Notes: generated from the sequence alone by a model not told the origin. Counted from the first letter of the stretch, positions 21,845 to 34,429 are shown. The stretch is DNA of 64,000 nt from Octopus sinensis (GCF_006345805.1 NC_043005.1:1302001-1366000), one strand, 5' to 3'. Numbers and translations are program-made.

Positions 21845-22240
21845 TTCCTAACTTTGGCACAAGGTCATAAATTTTGAAGTAATTTCTTCAAAGATCATTA
21901 GTATTTCACTGGTAGTTTTTAAATTTTATTTTATCAACCACAGAAGGATGAAAGGCAGCCCCTTTGGGAATTACTAAGTCAGAAGGAGAAGAGCAGCACT
22001 TATAACTATTTCCAAGGACTCCAGCATTTGAACTGAGAAGATAATAAGATACAACCTAAATATCGTAAAGCATTTTATTTGGTATTTTCCTGGTTCTGCC
22101 AAACGGTATTTTGTTGCATCCTTTTACATTGAAAAGGAACTTCTACTTAGCTCAAGTTTACCTTTCAGCCTTCTTAGGGACAATCTAATTAACTGTAATC
22201 TCCACCAAAATGTATGGCGTTGTGCCTATGTTACAATCTA
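21845..22240. mobile_element. Decayed copies of a second SINE family (21845-22105 minus; 22140-22240 plus)
   Basis: Share the tttcatcc..gggtc and ggccttgtgcc motifs with 31005-31166. Confidence 0.5.
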
Positions 22241-23304
22241 CCATTACTGAAGAGGTTATGTTTGATAGTGAAAAGAAATGATGGAAACTCAATCAATTAA
22301 TTCTATAAGCCAGAGTAACTAAAAGAAAGAAGAGGAGTGATGGAAAAAAGTGATGAATGTATTTGGTGGAGATGGCTACAATAGGTATTCCTTTGCACTA
22401 CAGTGTCTGAGGTTTTAAATGATTTCTTAGTAAGAAGAAGATTAACGGATGACTAGAACCAGATGCCAATAATAGTTAGAGGGTAACGCAGAAATAAACA
22501 TAGAAAAAGGTAACCAACAACAAGTCTGTTAAAATTTAACAGAATAAATACTTTTAATTACTCAGCTTAGTCAAAATATTTTCTAATTAAAAGAGTAAAG
22601 AATATAATTATAAACAGAGATTATGCCAAGATCATAAAGCATTTATTCTCCATCTGTTTTGGGACCATTCCAATAAAAGCCTGTTCAATAAAGAGGATGA
22701 TCACCACAATCAATATTATCAAGAATTGAGAGTTGGTATTTCAAGAACACTACACCTAGACGAGGGTTGAAGTTGTTTAGTCCAAGAGTTAGCCCTCAAC
22801 AAGTAAACTTATGAACAGAGCCCTTTCAGTTGTGATATCGTGCATTTTTAGGGTATATATGTGCTTTTCTGTGGTTGAAGGTTGTAAAACATAATTAGGG
22901 AAAATTCAGCCACTATTTCTAGCAAGTCATATAACTGCACAGAAGCTGCATTGTTGGATGGCATAAAGTTTCCCACATTGGCTAAATACAAGAAAGGGTC
23001 TAAAGTGGTGGTCATAGGGAAACTGTGGAATATATAGCTGTGAATTCTGATTTAATACAAATATATAATGTTCACGCTACTCCGATGGCCTTAGTGGTAT
23101 AAACAGCCCCAACTAGCTTGTAACTCAGTTTGAAAATATGACTACCTTTGAAGGATGTCTATTTCAAAACAGGGCATTTCTTTAGAAGCAGAGGGATCAG
23201 AAGTCACACCCAAAATAATACAATTCATTTTGCCACAAAAGGATACATTAATATTTGTAAATTTTATATACTGGCCTTTATTGACACAGACCACCACTAC
23301 CAGT

Positions 23305-24614
23305 TTAGACAAGTGGTTGGTGAGAGCTGTACAATCCATGTACAGGGATGCAGTCAGTAAGGTGAGGGTTGGCAATGAGTATAGCTATGAATTCAGGGTA
23401 CAAGTAGGGTTCACCAGGGATTGGTCCTCAGCCCTCTCCTGTTCATCATAGTCTTCCAGGCAATAATAGAAGAATTTAAGACAGGCTGCCCCTGGGAACT
23501 CCTCTATGCTGATGATCTTGTTCTTATAGCTGAATCACTACCAGAACTAGAAGAAATTTCAGGTGTTGAAGCAAGGTCTAGAATCAAAGGGCCTTAAAGT
23601 TAGCCTAGCAAAAACCAAAGTCACAGGTAGATGGCCCTGCTCCATTTGTAGGAAAGCCATAGGTAGAAATTCTATAAAATGTACACAGTGCAAACTATGG
23701 ACATATAAGAGGTGCAGCAATATCAGTGGAAGGTTAACTGGGAAAAAAATTTTTGTGTGTGGAAGGTGCACAGGTACAATAAACACTAAAAATGTACAAA
23801 CGCCAGGGAGGTAGGCTAGGGGTAGTTGATAGCTTCTGTTATCTAGGTGACTAAGTCAGTAGCGAATGTGGATACTCTGAGAGCATAGCTGCAAGAATAA
23901 GAATAGGCTGGGCAAAGTTCAGAGAGCTCCTACCTCTGCTGGCAACAAAAGGCCTCTTCTTCAGTGTGAAAGGCAGATTGTATGATGTTTGTGTGTGAAC
24001 AGCTATGTTGCACAGCAGTGAAACATAGGCTGTGACTGCTGAAGACATGTACAAGCTAACTGTGGAAGGAACCAGAGGAAGAGGTAGACTTAGGAAAACA
24101 TGGGATGGGTTGGTGAAGCATGATATTTGAATGCTGAGCTTCATGGAGGCAATGACCCATGACTAAGACCTTTGGTGATACGCCATGCTTGAGAAGACCT
24201 GTCAAGCTAAGTGAAATCATAGTCATGGCCGATGCCAGTGTCAGGTAACTGGCACCTGTGCCAGTGATACGCAAAAAGCACCTTTCAAGTGTTGGGCCTC
24301 ACAGAGGCAATGTGGCTGCTGCTGCTGGTGTTGTACAACTGGCACCTGTGCCAGTGACACATAAAAAGCAGCTTCCGAGCATTGGGTCACACAGAGGCAA
24401 CAAATGCCTGAGTAGAAGACCCATCAAGCCAAGCGAAGTGATAGTCATGGCAGACACTAGTATCATGTAAAAGCACTCTTGGAGTGATTGGCGTTAGGAA
24501 GGGCAAAGGGCATCCAACCATTGACTGGAGTCTGATGTAGTCCTTCAGCTAGCTAGCCCTGATCAAACTGTCCAACTCATGCCAGCAGGGACAATGGACG
24601 TTAAATGATGATGA
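23305..24614 (+). mobile_element. RTE-clade LINE 3' part with YADD motif and PHD-like insertion
   Basis: GCPWELLYADDLVLIAES, GLKVSLAKTKV, WPCSIC...CTQC...YKRC...CGRC, VVDSFCYLGD and RIRIGWAKFRELL, followed by the 3'UTR and tail. Confidence 0.92.
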
Positions 24615-24974
24615 TTTGGGGTCGCAACTTAGTTTGCTAAAACCTTATTACTGTATTACAGTACCCATCACACATGGGAGACTACTATATTTATAAGAGC
24701 AGTAGTAGCAGTAGTATGGGACCATGTGCTGTAACAGTATGTCACCACATCCACCATTTGTTGGTGATTCCCTATGACTGCTGACGAATGACACCTTTGC
24801 ACCACTTAGGCGACAACCTGACAACCCATGGGTCTGTTTAGGTGGTCATTGTTGGTGAGGGTTTTATGTAGGCTGGAGTGCAATTTCTACCTCAACCGCA
24901 TTTAGTCACCTTCTACAACAAGCAGAAGAATGATTGGGTTTCTTCTTTCGACAGTCCCCCACACATCACTGTGA

Positions 24975-25092
24975 ACAATGTGAAATGAAGTGTTTTGCTC
25001 AGGGCACAGCATAATACCACCTGGTTCAGGAACTGAACCCATGGTCTGGTGATTGCGAGTGCACCACCCTAACCACTGGGCTATACACCTTC
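24975..25092 (-). mobile_element. tRNA-derived SINE head (third family)
   Basis: Minus strand has an A-box-like tagcccagtgg and a B-box-like gggttcagttcc, followed by ccctgagcaaaacactt. Confidence 0.65.
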
Positions 25093-26154
25093 ATGTATAT
25101 TTATACATAAAAGATTTTACATGCAACTAAAGTATTTCTAATATTTATTGCTCAATTTAATCAGCAATCCAATAGAGAAGATTTGAAAAGTGATTTTCAG
25201 AAATATTTTGTAAAGAAGCAACAATTATGGCAAGATGCATTGCTTACCCACCAAAGCACCCACAACCAACTCTAACCTCTCCAGATCAATAACATATCCA
25301 TTTAAAAATTCTATTCCAATACGTTTCAGACTCAAAGAAACAATTTTTTTAATTTGCTTTTCTTCAACATTTTGTGTAGATGTGTGCTTACATGTGTGCA
25401 TGTATTGTGCTTTATGTTTTTTATTGTACTAAAATCATGAATCTATGAATCTAGAAATACACACGCAGCAGCAACAGCAGCAACAGCAGCAGCAGCAGCA
25501 GCTGTAGTAAGAGTGATACGGACATCAGACTCATAGACTGAGTTTCTATGCATTGTTGTTACAAATTATAATTTCAGCTCAAGTTGCCCTTTTAATATAC
25601 ACGAGGAAAATGTTTTAAAGGATTTTATTTGTTTTTATAAACTGCAGCAATGATAGAAAGACAAATCAGGTTCTTCAGATGAAGATAGAGAAATGTCTTT
25701 GATTTTAGTAGTTTTTAATTGTTGAGAGGGAGAGGGAATAGCAAAGAATGCAAGAGAATGAAGAGAGAGGATAGCAAAGAGTGAGAGAGGGGGAGAGGAG
25801 ACAGACAGGCAAAGGCAATAATGAAATGTTGCTTTATGATTTCTGATAAATTGTCAAATCAACAAGTGTCTAACCACAATAAAAAAAACCAGTAGTAACA
25901 TGTCTGAATGATTTTTAACAGTCTGCCAGGCAATCTAGGAAATGGCTTTTAGTTATTATGGTCTGGCAGTTCCTAGTCTGCAGACAGAGGGCGGAATGAT
26001 GCTATTATAAGAATGTAGTAGGCTGTATGGTGTAGCAGTGAAATCTCAGAGAACATAAGTTTGCAACGTAGATTCCTCGTAGGAACTGTTGCACTTCACC
26101 TATGTCACCAATGCTACAGGGGGAAAAGCATCAATATTTCTCTTGCCTCCTTAG

Positions 26155-26345
26155 CATGCCAGGCAAAATGCTTAGCAGCATTTCATCTATTATTACATTC
26201 TAAGTTCAAATTCCACTGAGGTTGACTTTGCTTTCCATCCTTTTAGGGTCATTAGAATTAGAACCAATTGAGCAGTGGGGCTGATGTAATCGACTTAGCC
26301 ACTTCCCCAGAATTGCTGGCCTTGTACCAAAATTTGAAATCAATA
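26155..26345 (+). mobile_element. SINE, second family
   Basis: aagttcaaattcc B-box-like, gactttgctttccatcc..gggtc core and gctggccttgt...gaaa tail. Homologous to 31005-31166. Confidence 0.7.
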
Positions 26346-26447
26346 TTTCTGTTCCCTTCAAAACCTTAAGTCAATAACAATAACCAGTAACATTGTTCAA
26401 GTTTTAGGGTTGAGTAAATTCACTCTGTTTAAATTCATAAGCTTTTA

Positions 26448-26640
26448 CATCATCATCATTTAACATCTGTTTTCCATGCTGGCATGGGTTGGATGGCTTG
26501 AGAGGAACTGGCAAGGCCAGGAGCAGCAACTGATTCCATAGTCTGTTTTGGCATGGTTTCTATGGCTGGATGCCCTTCCTAATACCAGATGCATTACAGA
26601 GTGTACTGGGTGCTTTTTATGACACCAGCACTAGTGCATT
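26448..26640 (-). mobile_element. RTE-family 3' end
   Basis: (CAT)n tail plus catgctggcatgggttgga and ggctggatgcccttcctaa. Confidence 0.8.
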
Positions 26641-27299
26641 TTATGGGGCACCAGTGCTTTTTAAGTGGTACCAGTACTGTGTTTTTACCCTTGTTAGAAA
26701 TCATTAACACAGTAGAGTGTCAGTATTGGAAAAGAAGAGACAAATACTTAACAATATTTAATCTAAAATCTCTTCCTTCTAAATTCAATCTTTACATATG
26801 CCATTTTTATTTTCCATTGCTATGGTATTCATAAAGTATATATCAATCACAGTTTATGAATTATGCCTCTCCTTTAAAATTTAATACTCTGCATAAATGG
26901 GAACTTATCTTTATCATTACTGAACAAAGAAAATGCAGACACTGCATGTTGCATTCTAAGGAATTTATTTATAAGATGTGTATCGAAACAAGAACCGATG
27001 CAGAAGAGAATGGATTCTTCAGTCATCCTACTACAGGAAACCTTTCTAGTGCTGGTAGCATCCATACTGTAAATTAGGTGAGATGCTTTGAATGCCATCC
27101 AACCTACATAAGCCAGACCAAAAAAGACATAAAAATGATGATGTATGGCAGTGGATTTGTAAGAGTGTCTACTCCCCACCATCCACCCCAAAATTTCAGG
27201 TCTCGTGCCTATAGTAGAAAGGATTATCATTATCATGTGATCAAAACTCACAGCTTATTTTGCTGGGTATGATGGAAAGTGTCAGCTGTCCAGAGCCAG

Positions 27300-27830
27300 C
27301 AGACTAAGGTGACATTTGTTTACTGGTCATGCTTCAAGAATCCTGCAAAGAATTCTTGCAGTTCCAAGCAATGCTGATTCTTGTAGGGGTGTTCTAACTT
27401 CACACTTGCACCAATCTTTTTCCGCCATGCTGGTAGTTGAGTGCTGATACTTCCAAGTGCACTAATTACAATTGGTATCACCTCTACTCTCCTCATTGTC
27501 CACAACCTTCGTATTTCCCACTTTAAATCGCCATAGTTGTTTATTTTTTCTTCTTCTTTCACATTGATCCTGTTGCCACTGGGACATGCTATATTGATAA
27601 TTATACATGTTCTTTCACTTTTATTCACCACAACAATGTCCAGTTTCCAATGTCTGGTCAGGTGATCGCACTGGATCACTGCATCCCACAGGATTTTGCA
27701 GTTCTCATTCTTGGTGGCTCCTTCTGGGGTTTGCTCATACCATGTCTTTACTCATTGAGGGCCGTGATTTCCACAGAGCTCCCAATGGATCATTCTTGTC
27801 ACATTGTCATGTTGTCTTTTCAGTTCTATA
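27300..27830 (-). mobile_element. R4/Dong-like RLE LINE 3' fragment
   Basis: RHDNVTRMIHWELC, then WDA.IQCDHL...DIVVVNK..CIIINIACP...KEEEKINNYGDLKWEIRRLW..VIPIVISALG. Confidence 0.85.
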
Positions 27831-28050
27831 TTTAAGAAATGAGGAATTATGTACATTATTTACATTTGACGGATATTTGTCCTCACCGTGTTTGTTGTTA
27901 ACACAATGTTTTGGCTGATATACCCTCCAGCCTTCATCAGGTGTCTTGGGGAAATTTCAAACCTGGGTTCTCATTCCTAAGGTATTTTTTGATGTTATTA
28001 TTATTATTATTATTATTCAGATCACCACCTGGAATTGAACTCGAAATCTT
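27831..28050 (-). mobile_element. Short element: tRNA-like B-box + (TAA)n + hammerhead-bearing tail
   Basis: Minus strand order is gagttcaattcc (28031-28042), (aat)n (27995-28017), then a hammerhead at 27900-27945. Confidence 0.55.
27900..27945 (-). ncRNA. Minimal type I hammerhead ribozyme motif, canonical C3-G8 core, CpG-decayed
   Basis: gacac-CTGATGA-a-ggctg gagggtatat cagcc-AAAA-ca-TT-gtgtt. Stems I and II are intact. Two CG>CA changes convert the expected cGAAAcgtt. Confidence 0.75.
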
Positions 28051-28301
28051 GTGTTGGGCCTCATGGAAGCAATGATAAATGACCAAGACAAGTGAAATTG
28101 TAGGCATGGCAGATAACGGTATCACATGATTGGCACATAAAACCACCCATTACACTCTCAGAGCAGTTGGCATTAGGAAAGGCATCCAGCTGTAGAAACT
28201 ATGCTAAATCAGACTGGAGTCTGGTGCAGCCCCTCAGCTTACCAGCGCAGTCAAACTGCCAACACATGCCAGCATGGACAACAAACATTAAATGATGATG
28301 A
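28051..28301 (+). mobile_element. RTE-family 3'UTR copy
   Basis: Begins with the gttgggcctcatgga module and ends with the family tail and (TGA)n. Confidence 0.85.
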
Positions 28302-30100
28302 CTATTATTATTATTATTATTATTATTATTAAGGTGATGGATTAATAGAATCATTATAACATTGGAGAAAATGTTTTGCAGTATTTCTTTCACCTCTCCA
28401 CATTCTGAATTGAAATCCTTTTCAAGTCAGCTTCGATGTTTATCCCTTTAAGAATCAATGCAATAAATACCAGCCAAATATTAGTCATGATTTAATCAGC
28501 TAACACCTTTTCAAAAATTGCTGGCCTTGTGCCTAAATTAGAAATTATTAAAGGTGGTAGATTGACAGAATCATTAGGGGTTGGCTTATTTCCTATGTGA
28601 GATGCCAGCTTTTGGTCTATCAATAAAGGTAAAAGAAAAAAGACTGAAGTCTTGCATCAACTTAAACCTGGGTGCTGGAATTCGAACCACTAACCTTCGT
28701 GATCACAAATCAACTTCTACCTATGGTAGAAAGAGTTCATATGTTTTGGTAGCAGAATTACTGATAAAGACAGCCTAAATGAAGAGGCAGATCACAACAT
28801 ACATTCAGCTGAGGTAACTTTCTGGAAGTCTAACGACCATCTGTGGAAACCCCGATGGTATAAAGCTGTTAGCAAAATGCAAAATGTATGAAACAGTAGT
28901 AATAGTAGTGTTGTGCCTGCTGTATTCTGCTGAGGCTTCTATATTGTATTATATCATCAGTGTGTGAAAAAGTTGATGAGTTGCCAGTTGCCCTAGCTAT
29001 GATCTACAATCAACATACATAAAGTTTCTTCTTTGTATAGGATGATGGGTAACATTCCTACTGAGTCATACATAGTTTATGATAGACAGCCAAGTAGAAA
29101 AAAATATATCATTTCACCATCAACCTCCTATCTGCCTATCAAAACCCAGCTCTTTTTATTTCCAACTCATCTCAGCACAGCCACTACTTTCTCCTTATAG
29201 CATGACAGAAAGAAGAAAACAAGCCAAATAAAAAAGAAAAGAAACAAGAAAGACACCTGACTTGGCCTTTTTTAGAATTAAGGATTATTTGTTCAGATAT
29301 TGATCAAGATGCTTGAATATCATGACATATTTAAACACAATTTCATCTTGGAATCTGAAGTTTGATAAGCACAAGATAAGGTAACAATAACTGAATAAAT
29401 TATAGTTACTAGGATTTTCTACTATTTACACGAAGAGGAAGGACAAACTTCCTCTTGGTGTTGGTATGAAATTATACCTTGTAATTTCCTGCTAACACCA
29501 ACATAACATTATGAAAGTAAACCATCTAAACTAGCACTTCCACATTCAATTCCTTGTACTATAATATAGTGATGGGGCATTTATGTAGTCACTTCATTTG
29601 CTACACAATAGCTAAATCTCTTTCAAACGAAACTCCAAGCTCTTTAAAAGAGGACACTATGTCTGAAAAACAGAAGGGTAGGTCATAGCTGGAATACCTT
29701 TGGTAATAGGTCTACTTAATCAAGGCTGACTTGGGGCAAAACAACACTAATTCTACATCTTAAGAAATCATTCTGAAGCAAATTTTAGTAGGATAGGTTT
29801 GTGCCATGGCAGGGAATAGAACAGCACTGAAAGACTGAGTTGAAATAGCATTAAGCTCAATTCCACTTAAATGCCAGCCTGCTTTAGCCCATCCATGATT
29901 CTATAATGCAAACTTTAGAAAATGATCTAAATTGAAACCTCCCATCAAAATTTCATAAATCTCCTCAAAACCAGCTTAGTAATGACAAAATTCTTTATTA
30001 TTTTCAAAATTAATTGAATCAACAGCAGTGTATTCCAACAGGAATATAGCAAAAAAAGTGTCATACATACATACACACACACACACACACATAGCTGTAT

Positions 30101-30135
<35 letters not shown>

Positions 30136-30166
30136 GATTACTGTTTTAGGGTGCAATCTAGACATG

Positions 30167-30198
<32 letters not shown>

Positions 30199-30424
30199 AC
30201 TTCCACTTGGAAATACTCTTGGATGTTCGTATGAGTAAAAGCACATTTTTTGCAGAGTATTTACATTATCAAAAGAGGAGATTGGAAAAGATTTTTGTTA
30301 GTTTTCACCATTACATGTGTTTCACTTGCTAATAGGAATTACAAATGAAATGTGTGTAATGGGGGATAAACAATACCAAAATTGTTTTCCAATTTCCTAC
30401 ATATACACACGAACATATATTATT

Positions 30425-30840
30425 GTCATCATTTAACATCTATCTTCAATGCTGATCTAGGTTGAATAGACCAAGAGGATTTGACAAGTTGGAGGGCAGC
30501 ACTGAGCATCTATGCCTGCTTTGGAATGGTTTCTATGGCTGGATGCATTTTCTGATGCCAACCACTTTACAGAATGTACTGGGTGCCTTTCTGATGTCAC
30601 TAGCACTAGTGATGCCACCATATGACATCTTGTCACCACCAACTTTATTCGCTTTCCTGCTCTTTCCATCTGCCTTTCTACAAAACAATATAGTCATGTA
30701 TCTCTTCTACAGCAAGACATCTTTTCGCATTCTTCAGTCGTACTTTAGCCTCTCAAGCCCTGATATAAAACCCTCTTCTTCTCTACTGTATACAGTTAAG
30801 ATGTCTTTTTAGTCCTGTGAGTTATATGGTGACCTCCACC
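30425..30840 (-). mobile_element. Older RTE-subfamily 3' end with an inverted 5' segment
   Basis: Tail at 30425-30630 is on the minus strand. Segment 30630-30840 is the reverse complement of the sequence that follows the tail in the copy at 45632-46720. Confidence 0.6.
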
Positions 30841-31004
30841 TCCTCTCCATGTTTTCTTCGGTCTACTTCACTTTCTCGGTCCATTTACCTCAAACGCAAG
30901 CACCCTCCTCAGAACATGCCCATACCACTGCACTCTATTCACCCTTGCCAGCCATTCCACTGATTCCTCCAGCCCCAACATCCCCATTAAGCTCTCAGTC
31001 CTGT

Positions 31005-31166
31005 TTCGTCTGTCTTTATGTTCTGAGTTCAAATTCTGCCGAGGTTGACTTTGCCTTTCATCCTTTCGGGGTCAATTATTTAAGGACCAGTTGCGTACAG
31101 GGGTCAATCTAATCAACTGGACCCCTCTCCAAAATTTCGGGCCTTGTGCTTAGAGTAGAAAAGAAT
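31005..31166 (+). mobile_element. SINE, second family (well-preserved copy)
   Basis: gagttcaaattctgccgaggttgactttgcctttcatcctttcggggtc...aaatttcgggccttgtgcttagagtagaaaag. Related copies lie near 85-220, 28330-28550, 51400-51475 and 53945-54150. Confidence 0.75.
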
Positions 31167-31277
31167 ATATCCATACACACACATACACAGAAATACTCTG
31201 CCTAAAAATGTAAGGAAAGAAAAAATAGGGTTATTAGTTAAACTTAGGCAAAGTTTTCAATCAAAATTTATCACAGC

Positions 31278-31340
31278 GGTGGTGCCCCAGCATGGCCACA
31301 GCCTTCGGGCTAAAACATTTTTAAGGATTTAAGGATTTTT
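31278..31340 (+). mobile_element. Extreme 3' tail of a CR1/L2-group LINE or SINE
   Basis: ggtggtgccccagcatggccacagcc ttcg ggcta plus a (taaggatt)n tail. Homologous to 7030-7078. Confidence 0.65.
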
Positions 31341-31564
31341 AAGTTGGATATCTTCCTCCAGCTGGCCTTTGACAACCCTTTTAGGGGACAAGAGCTTGAT
31401 ATCTTCGAATTCACTGCTGTTTTACAATTTAGTAACAAATGAAACCATTAAGTTTATTGTTGACTTAAAGATAGAAAACTTTTGTTTATAATTGTGCAAA
31501 GCCACCGCAGCTGGAAGAGAGTGGTGTGGTTTAATTTGAAGTTTGACAAGTTTACAATGTCATG

Positions 31565-31760
31565 TCAAAAACACTGGTGCTTGTGCCATGTACAACGCAC
31601 CCAGTGCACTCTGTAAAGTGGTTGGTGCTAGGAAGGGCATCCAGCTATAGAAACCAAACCTAAGCTGACTATGGAACTTGGTACAGCCTTTGCTTTGCCA
31701 GTTCCTGTTAAGCCATCAAACCCATGCCAGCATGGAAAATGGACTTTATATGATGATGCC
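31565..31760 (+). mobile_element. RTE-family 3' end
   Basis: ggaagggcatccagc...cccatgccagcatggaaaatggac..tgatgatg. Confidence 0.8.
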
Positions 31761-33154
31761 GACGACTGACTTTAGTTAGAGGCAAGGACTATGCACAAAA
31801 TACAGGTGGGCAAGAATTACGTTAGTGCCAAAAACAATGTTCAGATGTGGTGGGAAAACAGCAGAACTGGCTGTTAAAATAATGGTAGAAAGACCAAAGT
31901 GAATATTTCATATATGACAATTGTTGCAACCCCAAATAGATCTATTTACTGCCTCTACCCCCATTACTATACCCCCACTTCTGCCATTGCCAACATAACC
32001 ACTATCTTCCTCATGGCCCAGTAAAACCCCTATTCTTATTTGAATGAATCATATGCTTCAGTTTATGGGTATTTTGAAACCAGTTACTATTTTAAGGACG
32101 TCCTATCAACTTCAAATGCTTCCTAACTGAAGAAGAGACAGAAAAATATATAGGAAATATCAAACCTACTGTAACTGTTTTTTCTTTTTTTGTTGTTGTT
32201 TACTGTTAATTTTGCAATTCTCTAATCTGATAAGCAATCATCACCACCATCGTTACCCTACCTGTTCAATTCTTGTTCAGCCCTGCTTTGAATAGGCAGG
32301 TCATCGCCACTGCTTCCTTCTTAGTCATCATGCCTTATGTTTATGGTATAATCACACACCTGTATACCACTGCCTTCATCTCCCTCTACCACTGCCACCA
32401 TTAACCAGCATTAGTTTTAATTGCTCAACAGTGCAGCAACCTGTGCCTTGGCCAATGCTAACCCCTAGCTACCATCCTGAGTCATTGTCGGAGCTTGCAT
32501 GTAACTAAGATTCTTTGTGTCATTCTAAGACTTTCATATTGTTTCCTGGCTTCAAACCAACAGCTATCAAGACTAGTTTTCTCAGTACAAGTGATACACT
32601 TTGAGAAAAATGCACAACTTGTTTACCATGTGAAAGTGCACTTGGGAGTATTTTAATGGTAGATGACTAAAGACATTATCGGAAAACTAAAATGTTTGAT
32701 TTGGGCTTCAAGCACTGAAGACATTAAAGGAAAAACAAGCCAAAACAGGTCTAAAACATACATAGATGTTATTATACACAATAACTAGAACTGGGAAAGA
32801 CAAGCAGTTGGAGAAATGAGGCCAATGAGATATGAGGCAGTTGACAAACTTTTACAAAATTATATTTCTCATTCCACTGTGAAAATACCAAGTACAGACG
32901 AAGAAACTTACAGGTTTTTGAAGATAAATTATGTAAGAACAGCTGTGTGTGTGTGAGAGAGTGTATGAGTGTATTTGTACATGCGTGTGTGCTCATATAT
33001 ACTTTTTTTCTGAGTACAAATAGAGGACAAGATGTATTACCATCTGTCGAAAGTCCTACAATAAAGGCTTCGAAAACTGAAGTTAAACTACCTGAAATTT
33101 ATTTTAGGTATTCTGATATACGCTGTGTTGCAATCAAATCTAAAATACACACAG

Positions 33155-33185
<31 letters not shown>

Positions 33186-33484
33186 TTGTTATAACAGAGT
33201 GGAGGTGTTATTGCTAACAATCATGCACATACAAAGCAACAATGTCAAGAGTGAGTTTACACATTGTTTCTTTGTGTTTGTAGACAAACATTTGAGAGTG
33301 AGTGTATTGTATCTGGATATATTACTCTATCAATTATATCCATACACACACCAAACCATTGAGGGAGCCTCCACATATTTGCTTGACCTGCTAGAAATAG
33401 CAAGTAAATAATCCTGAGATCACATTACTATCTTAAGGAAAAAAAAGAAACCTTGGATAATTTGATCCTAGATATGCAATAGTG

Positions 33485-34290
33485 ATCATCATTGAACACC
33501 CATGTTTCATGCTGACATAGGTTGGATGGTTTGACAGGAGCCAACAAGCTCAAAACCTGCATTGGGTTCCAATGTCTACTTTGGCATGGTTTCTTCTATG
33601 GCTGGATGCTCTTCCTAAAACCAACTACATTACAGCATGTATGGGGTGCTTTTTTCAAGGAACCAGCACTAGTGAGATTGTCATGCAACTTACAAAACTA
33701 AAATTCCCTTTGATTGGGTGGAGTTACAGAAGATAGGGAGCCAGCTTTATGCATAGGGATAAGAGATTAAAGGTATCAGAAGAGATTAAAGGTCTCATGT
33801 AGTAGAGTTACATGGGTGCTCACATTATAGAAGAGAGGGGGTGACTGGTGCAGAGGTAGAGAAAGTGATGAAATTAGGAGAGATGAGGTGTGAGAGAGGG
33901 CAGTCAAGATAAGAGGTGAGTAGAAGAGAAAGAAGACAGAAGAACTGAAAGTGTGAGTGGGTAGAGGGTGGAAGGGTGAATGGGAGAGTAAGAGATGTCA
34001 CCAATGGGAAACAGGTGACAGAGTGACTATAATGAAGAATAAATGTTACGGGGGGGGGGGAAGAGTAGGTGACAACTGTAGAAATTGGTAGAGTTGAAAA
34101 GAAAAGGGATGGGGTGAAGAGCTACAGATTCATAATAATGATACAGTAAACAGGGTGAGGAAGAAAAAGAGATGGTGTGTGATTGGGTAAGTGATGGTGG
34201 TGGAGAAAGAGAGATAATTTGGTGATCAATGTAGAATGTGGGTGGAGAGGCTAGTATCAAGAAAGAAAGATGGATATCAAGTGAAATGGT
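33485..34290 (-). mobile_element. Older RTE-subfamily 3'UTR with a long pyrimidine-rich tract on the element strand
   Basis: Family tail at 33485-33670, followed by sequence parallel to 45800-46440. Confidence 0.6.
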
Positions 34291-34379
34291 TCTGAGTAGT
34301 ACACTGTTGGGAAGCCTTTTGATGAAAGGTCTCTTTGATCAGAGCAAACCTGGGGCTAAACAACAACTCTCACTCTGTA

Positions 34380-34429
<50 letters not shown>

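Noticed and set aside
25020-25092. tRNA-like sequence on the minus strand
   Set aside because: Has A and B boxes but no acceptor-stem pairing, and it continues into SINE body.
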